This document shows, in pieces, positions 38,176 to 50,838 of a stretch of DNA of 64,000 bases (position 1 is the stretch's first letter; each line of letters opens with the position of its first letter). The position numbers and the translations under genes were made by a program. The notes under the pieces were generated by a model. It was not told where the DNA came from. It worked only from the letters and a program-made list of their open reading frames with translations, and did not search any database. The DNA lies in the IMG/VR virus record IMGVR_UViG_3300033121_001188. One strand, given 5' to 3'. Origin of the DNA: an uncultured virus (IMG/VR IMGVR_UViG_3300033121_001188) (taxonomy: Duplodnaviria; Heunggongvirae; Uroviricota; Caudoviricetes).

Positions 38176-38421
38176 TTAGTTTACGTTTCAAGTAGCTCAA
38201 GTCGCTGGTATAGACACATAACCAGTGCTATATCATGTTTCTGTGCATAAGTTCCCAGTTAATACTTCTATTGTTGTTGTTTCGTCTGTAGCTGGCAATG
38301 TAGTATGTATCACTGCAGTAGCAAAACCAAGGGCAAATACTATTGCTTGTGACCATAGCCACTTGAACAATCTTACTCAATCATCAATTACGTTCTCTGT
38401 CAACCAGATTTTGTCTTTCAT
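38176..38421 (-). CDS. Small membrane protein in the lysis cassette
   Basis: 81 aa, one hydrophobic helix. Confidence 0.55.
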
Positions 38422-38891
38422 TTTTGTGGTGAAGCTGGAATAAATTTATCTATAATGGATTTCAATCAGTTATTTAGCCTTACTAGTGTTTCAGTTACCG
38501 CATCGTATTCTGCAATCTCTTTTCATGTTCTTATCGAGATTATATTTTGCATAATAGAATAGAGTTCTGCAACGCAAAGTATAAACATAGAAGACGATAT
38601 CCACGTTGCTACGTCTCAGGTGGACGGGGTGGCTGCTTTTGCTATTAGCGCCAGCAAGAATGGTATCGCCATCATAAGCATCTTGCTAATAACTCACCTC
38701 CGCATTTCATTGCTTGTGGGTTTATGTCATATGTATTTAGCTTTCAATAGTCAAGTTATTGTGTCAAATATAAGTAGTATTGCCAATATAGAATAAACCT
38801 CTGAGTTTAGTCAGAGATACGCAAACAAGCAAGATACTATTGGGTATAATGCTCGTCATCAATTCTTTATGCAAAATGTCAATGTGCTCAT
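38388..38891 (-). CDS. Phage holin
   Basis: Several TM segments; DTITG..S..MWRGVISK..AELYSIMQN pattern of the toxin-secretion/phage-lysis holin family. Confidence 0.78.
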
Positions 38892-39106
38892 ATAGCTATG
38901 CTTCATTTTCTGTTATATTTGGGGCAACTTCTGTTGGGATAGGTATTCCGCAGCAATCATTTCATGCAGTGTATAAGACGTTATCTCAGTCTAATTTTAC
39001 TGATGCTTCTGACGTTCATACGTTTTTTAGCCACGTCTGCAACGATGCTAAGTGTTCTTCTAGTGATATTCCTTCTGGCATGATTTTATTTTATATAGTA
39101 TCTAAA

Positions 39107-40969
39107 TTATAATGCAGAAATTACTCTTGCAACCCCATTATTTAATGTTCATGTCCTTAAATTTCAAGACCAATCAACCGCAGTAAGTCAGGATTCCGTT
39201 TCTCATGGTCTCCAGTGAAGATACTTGGTTATTCAAGCACTGCTAGGCTCTCATCAATTGTAGATGGCTAGAGCATCTGCATCTGTAAAACTTCAGGTGA
39301 ATGTGTATATACGTGGGTCTCGAATGTATCAGGAGTAGTAGGTTGTACTCCTAGCCCCAACATTAAGTTGTGTAACTGTCGTGTTTGTGCCATTGGCAGA
39401 ATATGCTCTTCATGTTCAAGTGGTCTGATATATCCCATTTATATATATCTTCACTGCGAAAGCAGTTCATGTCCGATAATACACACCTAAAACATGCACC
39501 TTATTTCTAAAACCATTTCAAAGAGAATATTGCGCAGTTACAGAAGAAATAGAGTCATCAAATCTGATAATAGCATCATTAGTAGTGTTTCTTATATGTA
39601 GATACAAATATGGGGCATTTATGAGCATTTGAGCTATGGCGGTATTTGTTGCGTCAGCGGTAGGTTTGCATCGACAAGATAAAACCTTCTGGTTTAATGG
39701 TCACACGTATCATAGCATGCTTGTTGACATATCACGTAGCGACTCATTCGTTAAGAACACTCTTACATTTCGTACTTCGAGGGTAGGATTAGTAGCAGTA
39801 GAGTTGTTAATGATGCCTCACGTTATTCACGTGCCAGACGTAGATGAAGTAAATGTCTGAGTGAAAGAAAACTCTTGCCATACAGTAGTGGCAGTTTGAT
39901 TAGATGAAAAGTAATCAGCTACCCCACGGTGCGTCATCTTTAATCTAAACGCTGCGGTTCAAGCAGCTACTTTTACAAATGCCTTTATTATAAATGTTTT
40001 ACTCGCTATTGTACTTCCAGTTATAGTGAGATTACTTTGTTCTACTCATTGTGAGGCTGTTCAGCTAACAGCTACTTGGTCTGCTGTAGTTGTTCAATCT
40101 GGCGCTACGGTAGTATTAGCAGTTACGGCGGTGGCTCATGCTACTGCCCAAGACGACTGGTCTAGTGCTTTGGGATTAGACATATACTGTGTGTTGTACT
40201 GTAGGTTTTCTGGGATATAGTAAGCTACTATCCTTGAGTCTGATTTTGTTGTATTACCTAGTGCTATATCAGCATCTATTTCAGCTTGAGTAAGGGCTAC
40301 ATTTCGGATAGCAGCGTGGTAAAGATATTTATTGCAAGATGTTACATTTCATGCTCAAACGGCGTTATCTCAAACAAACCGGTCATTTGTACTAAAAGTA
40401 GTTGGTCAGGTCGTCCCTCAACTATTCTGTATCACTCAATTTATATAGCAATAGAATTTTGTAACTGTATGGTTGTACACCAGATGAGCCGTGTATGCTG
40501 TTCATGTAGATACGGTTGCTAATGCTCATACTGCTACCGTAGATGAACCCCTCACTACAAAACGCAATGCATTAGTAGTCTGGTCGTAATATATTGCAGC
40601 GTCAAAGTTGCTTCAGACTATTCACGAAGAACTATTTGCTGCGACTGTATTAAATTTTATTTTTGCGCTGATGGTAAATGACGTTGTCTGGTCAAAAAGT
40701 GGTGTTGTTCATCAGTCTAGTTCGGCTCTAGTTCAAGTCACAGCAACTCCATCCCTACTTCAGTTTATCCAAAAATAACTTCCATCTCCATCACTCCCCA
40801 CGCTTACATTTCCTGCTACATTCAAATCATACCCTGTTCTACCTATTACAGTATCTCAGGCTATATAATCATTTACTCAATCGAAAGAATAGGCAACGAC
40901 TCATTTGTTTCGTTTCCTTCATTCTCATCTTATTGATCTTATGGATGATAGTCCTCTTAGATGTCTCAT
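39107..40969 (-). CDS. Fibre/spike protein with LamG (ConA-like) domains, 620 aa
   Basis: YSFDGVNDY, YINGV, IWNVALTQAEI, NTTVAPDGTTTAD, DWSGN. Confidence 0.75.
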
Positions 40970-40970
40970 A

Positions 40971-41699
40971 TTATTTTGCAGTTATTGCTCTAGATGCTCA
41001 GTTTAGTAATTGTCACGATATATAATTTCAGCTCCAATCTATAACCTTTTCTCATGATTCTGTATATCATGGTTTTCGATGCAACCTTTTAGTTCATACG
41101 CTCGGTTCTGATCAGTTCATTATAGCGCCCCAATATACTTGCGACGATGTTACGGTATTGTTTCAAGTGACCGAAGACGATAGCGCCTCCTTTACACCAT
41201 TGATAAATATATCAGCATCTGTTACCACTCTTGCGGATCAACTTGGCAACGTATTGTTTATTCTCATAATGACATTATACTCCTGTCATCTTACTAAGAC
41301 GGTAGAGCCACTTATTCTAAGGCTTCAGGTTCATTGCAGTTCCACTTGTAATGTTCAATCTGCTTTAATGTAAAGTGTCGTAACTGTATAGCTTCATCCC
41401 CGCCATCAAAATAGAATTGACGTGCCAAGGTATTCGTCCACAGTGAATCTTACTTTCACAGTTTGCACAGATCTGCTGTCTAGTCAAGCAACAGTACCAC
41501 AGTCAAATCAAGCATTGTAGCACTGCATATAATCTCCGTTTCCGTCTGATCATCTTACGACAGGTCATCATATTGAACTAGGAAGCTGGGCTATATAGTC
41601 GTTCACTCAATCAAAAGAATAAGCAATGTCGGCTCTATTGCCAACCTGCTTATCTCATGCTATTTGTCTTATTTGTCTTAGTGTTCTAAGGTGTCTCAT
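40971..41699 (-). CDS. LamG-like virion protein, paralog of 39107-40969
   Basis: Shares MRHLR..AYSFDGVNDYIA start and DWSGN..LNG..R end. Confidence 0.7.
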
Positions 41700-42073
41700 T
41701 AAGCCTTTGCTTGTACCTGCAATAGTGTTGCAGTACCAACAGAAAGTTTATATGCTATTTCAACAAAAGTGTCATTTGCTCATAATTGCAAAAATGGATT
41801 TGCATATGTCAAGAACGCATCATACGATGCGCTTGTAGCATTTGCTGCTCATGCAACAGTATTAAACTTCAAGTAAAGCACTGCACTTGCGTCGCTAAAT
41901 ATTGCGCTAATTTGGATGTTCGTTGCATTAGCATTGATTGCAATAACCCCGTCAGTAGTCGTAATGCTAGTAGTTGTCGAAGCCAAAGAGGTCACCATCG
42001 TATTCAATGGGACTACTCAAGCTATCGAACTGCTTGTTGGTGTCTTTACAGCACCAGTTTTATTATATCACAT
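41699..42073 (-). CDS. Putative virion protein
   Basis: 124 aa, beta-rich composition; codon 2 is TGA. Confidence 0.6.
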
Positions 42074-42094
42074 AGTTTATTCCGATGTATTAAA

Positions 42095-42826
42095 TTAGTT
42101 TACTACAAAGAATGCAACTTTAGTTTCCGCAGTAGGCGCTGCATTTGCATGCAAAACGAATGAACCAGAACCAGCGACAACTGCAACTGATTTCATAGTA
42201 GCATCATTAGTCATAACACTAGCAAATATCTTGCTGTTAGCTGTCACAAGGCTGTTTGTTACAGTAAGTGTAGTAGCTAGGGCAGCGAAGTTAACCGTAC
42301 CAGACACTTTATCAATTGTTTGGTTTCCGACAGTCAATGCTGGTGTAATTGTACCATCTGCAGCGAAAGTCAAGAATGTTTTATTTGAAAGGTTATCAGT
42401 TGTATCTGTACCAACTAGTGTAGTTGTAGCAGATGGCAATGTAATTGTGTAGTTAGCACCAAGAGCAGCCGCTGTGGTGAGCGCTACGTAGTTTGTACCA
42501 TTGTCAGTGTCTTCGAACAACTTCACTGCTGCTTGATTACTTGCAGTACCAAAGAAGTCATATGACCCAGTACCTTTCGCTTGGAATCAGAGACTAATAT
42601 TTGTGTCTCCTCCCGTAGCTTTTACTTGTGGAGCGTTTCCAGTTGCAGCGTTTGCAATAGTAATTTCATTTACTGCAGAAGCAATGCTATCGAATATTAA
42701 CAGCTCATTGCCATTTACGTCGTTTATTTCAGAAAGGTCAGGAAGAACTATGTCTCCTATGTTTTCTGCAATCCATGCCTTTAGGGCCTCTAGGTCCTTG
42801 CAAGACCTCAAAAATCTTAATTTCAT
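42095..42826 (-). CDS. Tail-fibre/decoration-like protein
   Basis: Two track ORFs joined through TGA; DVNGNE..NAATGNAP..GGDTN, FEDTDNGTNY, LSNKT. Confidence 0.75.
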
Positions 42827-42870
42827 TAAAATGTATTTAATATAGTAAATATACTAATTGAATAATACAG

Positions 42871-43314
42871 CTACATGACCAACAGGAAGTTTCAACTTCA
42901 TGTATTTGTATCTGTTATAAGTGACTCTCGTGATAATATTTGTGACGTGTTTCAGTTTCACGCACTGACGAAGGTCACATTGGTTCATGCTTGTGGATAT
43001 GCTGGGCTCACGTTTCCATATGCCTCATTACGCGAAGCTCATTCTGCATCACAGACAATATAAAAGTTTCATGCAGGGATTACACATCATGTAAACGTAG
43101 CCACATTTCCAGAAAACATAGCTGTTCATAATAGTGATCATGGTGATGCCTGTGTTCATGTATATACAAGGCATCTAGTTGAGGCACTTGCGGCTCTTTT
43201 TGTAACTTGGTGCAAACGGAGCCCGACTGAGCAACTCAAATCATGTCATTGGGCAAGCGCGGTAGAGAATGTTCATACCCAAGTTCACGCAACTGTATCT
43301 GTAGCAATAGCCAT
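42871..43314 (-). CDS. Putative virion protein
   Basis: 147 aa, open under the recoded table. Confidence 0.6.
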
Positions 43315-43339
43315 ATATTATTATTGTATAGTTAAAAGT

Positions 43340-44677
43340 CTATGCTTCCTGAGCCGCAGCTACGCATCACCGCTTACCAGTAACTGAGTCGTATAAAAAT
43401 CATACTGTTAATACTTTTGATATTACTGTTGTTGTTGGTAGCGCTATTCATTTGGCCTCGAACGAAGATCACCAAGTTATAGCCCTTGCCGTGCCATTGT
43501 CTTTTATTCTGAATATTAGTTTATCGAAATTATTTGGCGTACCAGATAGGTTAGTAGTCATTGATGTTATTGCAACAGCTAGTGCCGTTATTGTTACGCA
43601 ATCACAGTTATCAGTATTGATGGTTGGAGTAGCAGATGAAGTTATTGTTGTTACTCTTGGTACTATCCTCTTATTTGATAATGTTTCCGTACCAGCTAAC
43701 GTAGCAAGTGTACCAGATGTAGGTAGTGTAACATTTGTCGCTCAACTTGTTGTGAGTGTCAAAGCATTTCATGCAGACAGTGTCAAAGAGCTTGATCAAG
43801 AAAACGTTATACTATTTGCTCATATCGTAGCTCAGTTTACAGAAGAAGGAGTTATTGCTCATAACGTAAATGTAAGAGCCGGAGTCGTAGTAGGATTTGT
43901 AATGCTCGCACTTACTCAGTTTGCGTTAACAACAGAGATTGTTGTAACTGTTCATGCCACAATTGCTTGCCATGATAGATTACCAGATCAGTCCGTAGAA
44001 AGTACGTCTCATGACGCTCAATCAGCGTTTGGCAAAATATAAACTATGTTTCCAGCAAGCACAGGCGCTTTGAATCATGTATAGTTGGAACCAGACCCCG
44101 TTATTTCGAATATTCTAATTTCACCGCCCTGTGTCGCGTTACCCCTAATCTGCACTGCTCATGTGCCCTTTGTTTCTATATCGAGTCATACATTTGCATC
44201 TCATCACGTTACAGAGACCTTTGGATTCGCTCATGTTGCAGCGTTAGTGACGTTTAGTTCATTTACAGCGGCCGCGGCCGTATTGAAAATGATCATCTCA
44301 TTTCAGTTTGCATCCGCTATGAATCATCCATTCACAAACTTTGGAGCTGTCAATGTCTTATTGGATATGGTCTCAACACCAGTTGGACTTACGTAGTCTG
44401 TTCACGGGACTGCCTCCGTCACAACTCATAGCACTCACTTCAGCATTCATTCGACGTCTGTTGTGAATGAACTAACACACTCAAGCGTTGTTTGATATAT
44501 GTGTCAGTCAAGTGATGAAGCGATGATCGTATTAGTTGCCTCGTCGTATGAAAACGTACTAGCCTCTACGTTATCGTTAAGGTAGTCTAATATCTCTTGT
44601 ACGTTATCAAATATTTGAGACGTCACTGATGCGTTTGGAACTCAGTCTTGAGTAAAAAACGTAAATATATATTTCAT
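43340..44677 (-). CDS. Tail fibre protein
   Basis: ETISNKTLTAP, LSTDGSGNLSW, TLPTSGTLATLAGTETLSNK, RIKDNGTARAITW. Confidence 0.8.
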
Positions 44678-44757
44678 GTGTTGCAGGTATAATAATCAAT
44701 CTAATAATACAGCTAAAAAACACTTGAAAATGTATACTTGTGCCTTATATATGTGTC

Positions 44758-45447
44758 ATGAAAAGAAAATTTGATATATGTGAGGTGCTGGAACTGTATA
44801 GTGTCGACTTAGATCGTGGTAGGGAGATGCTATATGATAACTTTAGGGCCATTATGCCAAGGCGGTGTTTTGACGTCGATAGAACTATATATATACACGA
44901 CCTAGATGATTTGATTAGCGAGTGTTTCTTCGAGACGGACCAACGAATACAGAGATCGATCGGTGAATGAAAACTGCTCAACGCTTTTACCTGTATGCAG
45001 GTGTTGTCGTTTATAAAGTGGAACATAAGATCATACATCAGAAGACTAGACAAAGAACAATGACCAATAACCTCACCACTCGCGTCAGAATGATGATACG
45101 CCAAAAAGCTAAAGTTTGTTAAATGATATGGGGATATGTCAGTATATTTCTTTGGCGACGTATATCCAGTACTTGACTCTGAAGATTATGTGGAAATTAT
45201 GTCTGATCATGTTGGAATAGATACTAAAAAGCTCGATATAGAGTATACAATGAACGCGCTGAACTGATTGCCATATGAAGACCACAAGCTACTAACAATG
45301 CGACTGTCTTGATGGTCCAGCGAAGACATGATATACAGCATGCAAACAGCTGGTATATGAAAGAATCGGACGCCGTCCAAGGTATCAAAAAGGCTCAAGT
45401 CTATATTTAATGACTTAAAACAAAAACTGAATGAAACTACACGTTAG
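44758..45447 (+). CDS. Phage-encoded RNA polymerase sigma factor (sigma70/ECF-like)
   Basis: Region 2-like DLDDLISECFF..F...LSFIKWNIRSYIRR; region 4-like ALNGLPYEDHKLLTMWLSGWSSEDM..TPSKVSKRLKSIFNDLKQKL. Confidence 0.7.
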
Positions 45448-46090
45448 TGCAAAAAAAGAGAACTTCTCGCAAGGACCAATGAACATTCCTTTTGGCTATT
45501 TCACTATAGCAATGTCAGACATCGTATGATACGTACTTAGGGAATTGGTGGAATGGGAAAGCAAGAATGGTTTTGTCGACCTTTCTTGAGAGAAACAAAA
45601 AACTAAGAAAGCAAAGGAAAGGTTTGCAGAATTTAAGCAACAGTTTGACGACATAGATCTAGTAATCGAGCCAACGGTTCCTAAGATGTGAGTACCGCAT
45701 ATTATGGAACACTTGCGATCTGTTAGCAAAAACGATGCAGAGAATATGAAGAAAAAAATACCCAACTTCTGAGAATTAACAGATATGATTATTAGTAGAT
45801 TTTTTGAGGTTAGTGAGTCATTATCCTTAGCATGACAACCTCCGTTCCAAGCCATGGACGTCAAAAGAAAACAAGGCAATAAGTGAACTAAGGTAGACTT
45901 CACGGCAGAAGAACAAAGAGAAGCATGATCAGAGCCAGAACGGAATCTTACCACTCCGACACTACCAGATCAAAGAATTGGTGCAGACGAAGCAATAGAG
46001 GAATTAGACGCCGTAATAAACAATCATACGCTCGAGGCCATGAATGGTCCAGCGTCATCAAATTGGAATCAATTTAGAAATAAAATATAA
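45431..46090 (+). CDS. Hypothetical protein
   Basis: 219 aa open frame overlapping the end of the sigma gene. Confidence 0.65.
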
Positions 46091-46092
46091 AG

Positions 46093-46374
46093 ATGGTATT
46101 CAAAAAATGACACAAACCAGTTAGAAAGAACAAACCAGTAACAGAACAAGAAAGCACAACGCAAGAGATTAAACCAGTAGAGAAGCAATTAGACAGGTCT
46201 ATTAGCAAGTATGACAAGCGTAATGTATATACATTATATGTCAGCTGAGAGTTCGCAGAGTTATTGATAGATGAACTATCACAATCAGATAGTCAAATAT
46301 CTAACACGTATGCTAAACAAATGCAACAATTGATACAGAAGCTATATGAAGTATGAAAGTATACGCAGAAGTAA
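46093..46374 (+). CDS. Hypothetical protein
   Basis: MVFKKGHKP..., 93 aa. Confidence 0.6.
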
Positions 46375-46375
46375 T

Positions 46376-46403
46376 AAAAAACCCACAGCGATGTGGGTTT
46401 TTT
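46376..46403. terminator. Bidirectional terminator
   Basis: AAAAAACCCACA-GCGA-TGTGGGTTTTTT between converging genes. Confidence 0.8.
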
Positions 46404-46410
46404 GTTTGGT

Positions 46411-46815
46411 TTAATCTTGATCTTGTGCAGGTTCTGCGGCTTCAACCTCTTCTGGTTGCTCTGGTTGCGCGCTTTCTTCATCAGTAGCTTCGACAGATTG
46501 CTTTGTTTGAGATGCTCTCACAAGAGCAGAGTTCAATGTCATAACAAGATAATGGACACTAGACATTGATCTGATCATGTCGTCATTAAACGATAGCACA
46601 AAGGTCTCTCACTCTAAGTCTTTGGACTGGTCCATAATGATGCCCAAATCAAGCAAGAACTTCGTAGCTTTGTTGTAGTGTTCCAAGAATGTTTTCTCGA
46701 GCGTAAGATAATGTGGCAATTTCACCTCTTCTCCATCTTCGACAACATCGGCATCTTGCACTGGACTTTCTACATCAGCAGACTCAACGTCAACAATTTT
46801 TTCTTCTTCTCCCAT
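46411..46815 (-). CDS. Acidic hypothetical protein
   Basis: Two track ORFs joined through TGA. Confidence 0.7.
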
Positions 46816-46835
46816 AGTTAGTATAGTATGATAAA

Positions 46836-48155
46836 TTAGTAGCTATATCTCTCATCGAAATTTGAGTCTCCAAATCGTTCTACAGAGATCCAGCATCTCT
46901 CTCAAGCAGCTCCTCATCAGGCAGCTGGTACTATCGTTGGAACTCATGCACTCGATTCAAATGTAACATATCAGTTTGTTCATGCTGTAACATTGTTGTC
47001 CATCCTTCATCATCCAAAGATAATGTCTCAAGCGGTAAAGTATTTTATTCTGCTTCAGTTGAAAGGCAACCACATCAATCATGCGTAGTCAGAAGCTCAG
47101 TCTGATGTCGCGTGATTATTCAGCGCTACGGTGTTTGGCGCGCCATAGAACACATCTAGTACCTGCGTACAGTTACCTGCTGCAGCAGCTGGGTATGCCC
47201 ACACACTATACTGTATAGAGTGTACTGAATTGTTGATTCACATTCTTCAGCTTGTTTCTACGCGATAGAATCACGTTTTTGGTATAGTAATACCATATGT
47301 CGTTCTACCAGCGAAAGAGAATGACCCCATAGTAAAAGCAGCACTTCATGCAGCGTCTAGCACAGAATATCATACACCAAAGTATCATTGATACGACAAT
47401 AAAGGAGCTGGTCATGCTCATTTTGTAATGGAGTCGTCTCCTCATAGATATATTCTAGCCCATGGTTTAACGAACAAATCATCTTTGAGAGATATGCTGT
47501 ATACACAGCCAGCAGTTGTTGTATTGAATCAATCTCCAAATACAAGTGCATCTTCAAGATACTCTGCATCGCATCCATCCTTGACCGCGACCTTTACGTC
47601 ATTAGCATTTTCTGCTAAACATATTCTAAGCACCCAGTCTCCATCTGGTTTCTGGAATTCTTCAATGGTTATTCTTTCGTCACACGATTCGATCTGATCC
47701 TTCAAATATCATGGTGCATCGTCAGCATTTACCTGCACATATTTGTCTTGACATCATGCACTTGTTTCTATGTTTATATGGTCATAGTTAGTATCGTCTG
47801 GAACGAATATACCATCTACCATCCTTCACTTAGTAACGGTGATGCTATCATCATCTGATATAATCTCTGGCCGCTCACCAGTTATTTTGTATATTCTATC
47901 TCCGCATCAGCCTGTTATTTCGGCTAATGATATGTGTTTTCATGGGAGTATTTTTTGTGTTACTTTAGTGCTGCTTGTACAAGAAGAACACGTACCGCAT
48001 CATGTCGTGCATGAGTTACTACATGTCCCACAAGTTGACGTATCGGAACTAGTGCACGCCCCACTTTCGCAAGACGGTATAAGTATTTCAGATGTGCATC
48101 TTCTCGTGACTACGCATTCTGGTAAGGTTATCTCTGATATTGTGACTTCTGACAT
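46836..48155 (-). CDS. Putative virion protein with Cys-rich N-terminus
   Basis: CGTCSNSCTTGCGTCSSC; DDAPGYLKDQI repeat type. Confidence 0.6.
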
Positions 48156-48162
48156 TTATGTT

Positions 48163-48783
48163 TTATGCAGTGGTAAAGCATACTTCTGCTCCGTAGTATG
48201 TTGTTAATGTGTCTGAATTTATCGCATACGCTCTAAAGCAGTATTCGGTTCAGGTTGTTAATCATGTTATGGTATCGCTATAGTTGGCTCAGTCTGCTCA
48301 TACGCTCGCATGTGCAACCTTTGTGACTCAGGCGTCTCATATTTGTTTTCAGCTGTTTCCAGAGAGGTACCATACAAATCACTTTTCTGATACTGTATTT
48401 CCGTTCCAGTTAATAACGCCGTTTAATTGCGCCTGTGTAGTAAGTATTCCAGCTGGTGTTCATGTTACAGCTATTATCAAGTTGTCGGTTCACGCTATAA
48501 GGTCTATCACTGCCTGTCTTACCTCGTCATTGTTTTGTATACAGTCTAGAACGTCATCACATGTAAACGTATCTCATTCTATACAGTCTATGCTCGCATA
48601 ATATTGGTTAGATATTGGCGAAGCAAACTGCAGGGCGTTGGTCTCTGTGTTGATAGAAAATGTATCTGCTTCAACGTTTGCATTTAGCCAAGAAACCATA
48701 GCAGATATGGTACTGAATCTTTGATTTGTAACGCCAGCAACTGTTAATCAATTTCTGGTAAAAACTGTAAATTTATATTGCAT
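48163..48783 (-). CDS. Virion protein with C-terminal FN3-like domain
   Basis: ITGLTTGTEYCFRAYAIN..YG..FTT; N-terminus resembles that of 43340-44677. Confidence 0.72.
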
Positions 48784-49305
48784 GTTATCAGTTTGGGTAA
48801 TGTATACATGGTTTTCTTCTTCAGCAAAACGTGCAGAATGTGTTTTGTGTTCATCCTGTCTTAACCTTTACGACAGCGATTTGCTGTTTAGCTTGTTCAA
48901 GTATCTCTCATCAAAACGAGTTCTCTTGGACTGCTTGTGTTTTTTTCTTTTTGCATCCACACATATGTATATGTTTATTTGTAAGAATCTTTTACATACC
49001 ACTTTCATCTAGCTTCGTTATATCAGAAGTGATGCTGCGGCCTTTTTGTTTGTTTCATCTTTTTCTCTAGCTCTCTTTCCTTTTCCGTCTGCATAGATTT
49101 CTGTACTCATTGTCATGTCAATGATCACTCGTTAGACATGTATCAAGCCTTTGCAAGTTGGCTTCTTGCTATCTTTTGAGCCTCAGAAAGAGTAAGTGGC
49201 ACCGCTCTCTTTTGACTTAATATTTTTTGGACCGCTATATCGAATATGTTTGTCATTTTATTCAATCTAATAATACAGTAAAAAACCCACTACTGTGGGC
49301 TTATA

Positions 49306-49797
49306 TTACTTGAACTTATATGGTTTAGTTTTGCCTTTCACGTACGGGTGAGCGTGCCGTGGCATTCTTCACTTTTTCTTGGCATCTAGCCATACAGATA
49401 TACCATAATCAACCTGCTTGAACGGATCTAGGAAGTTTTTAGAGTTAATGAAGTCTTTGTGATACTTATAGTGAAGCTGGAATAATCAGTGATCATTCGT
49501 GACACTTACTACAAATGGCCTTCGTCAAGACTCATTGTTTATTGTAGCCATCATATTGGCGCATGAATACATTCACGCTACCTTGGCTCATACTCTGTTT
49601 TGGCACTCTGATAATGCATAATCTTTTACTGTTTGTGGTTTTTTTGGAGGAATGATAATCTCAAATGCTTTAGAGCTTCATGTGACAGAAAGAATTCTTT
49701 TCTTATAGACTTTTGTAGTAGAACCAGTTGATGCTTCTGCAAAAGATACTATACACAGTCCCATAATAAGCACTGCCGCAAGGATAAGTTTTTTCAT
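49306..49797 (-). CDS. Secreted lytic transglycosylase (SLT-like)
   Basis: Signal peptide; NESGWRP..DHGLFQL..LDP..QVDYGI. Confidence 0.75.
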
Positions 49798-50338
49798 TCA
49801 TTTGTTTGGATGTAAAGCGCAAAGTGATGAACAACATTGCGAGTTGCAAAAAGCAACTGGTATAGGGGTTCTAGCCCACAACAGTTGCCTTTTACTACTT
49901 GCGCGCCCTATTTGTTGAGCGGCTTACTATCCTAGTGTTTTTTTTTCAATTACTACCGCCCTTGCTCAGCGGTCTTATGTGATCTACGTCTTTTCATTTA
50001 AGAGCAGACTTGCCATGTTTTTTAATGGCCTCTCTTCTTGCTTTATTTCTTGCTACTCTCTTTCTGACTTCTTCTGGAGTTGCCTGAAGCTTTTTGTCGT
50101 ACTCTGAGTAGATTCTTTTCCTCTTTTTTACTGGCATCTGTTTCTATTTATACCACTTTGGGTGATCCTTTTTAGACTTTTTAATAGCGGCTGGTTTTGT
50201 AGCCTTGTCTCAACTAGATTCCATAGCGTAGTAAATTTCTTTTGCTTTCTTTTTGCCGTATTTCTTGATAAGACTTCTCATCAAGCTCTGATTTATTGGC
50301 ATGATAATAATACATATTATAAAATCATTTGCAAGAGA

Positions 50339-50818
50339 TTAGTCTGTTGCTTCGCTTGCAAGTGTGTAATATGTAGCAGTCAAATGACCGTCTAACAATC
50401 CAATTCACTCAAAGTTTGTCAGCTCTCCTCTAGTCTCTAATACTATTGATTGTCAAGCAAACAGCTTGTGTCCGTTAGAGATGGTAGGAGAAACGTTATC
50501 ATATCTATACCTAGCCTCTCAAGAAGTTAGCTGTATCCTAGCAAAGTTTGCCGTAGCTGGTACGGTTAGATTGAATGTCGTATTTGCTGTCACAGTTATA
50601 TCTTGCTGGCTTATAATAGCTGTTGTCGCAGCGCTGTTGCCTTCGCAATCTCCAGCCGTCCATCCAGTATCATCCAATCCGTCAGAAAACAGATCTGTCT
50701 CCGTAAGAGTTTGGTTTCAAGCATTGAAGATATATATCCTAGTAACTGGTGTTGGTACTCATGCTGTTACCCTGCATCATAATATTGATACTGGGTGTAG
50801 TAACTCTGCACATGTCAT
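50339..50818 (-). CDS. Putative virion protein
   Basis: 159 aa; ARYRYDNVSPTISNGHKL. Confidence 0.6.
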
Positions 50819-50838
50819 GTTTTATATGGTTTTATAAT

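Noticed and set aside
39107..41699. Diversity-generating retroelement in the paralogous fibre genes
   Set aside because: Differences are not adenine-specific and no reverse transcriptase is in the window.
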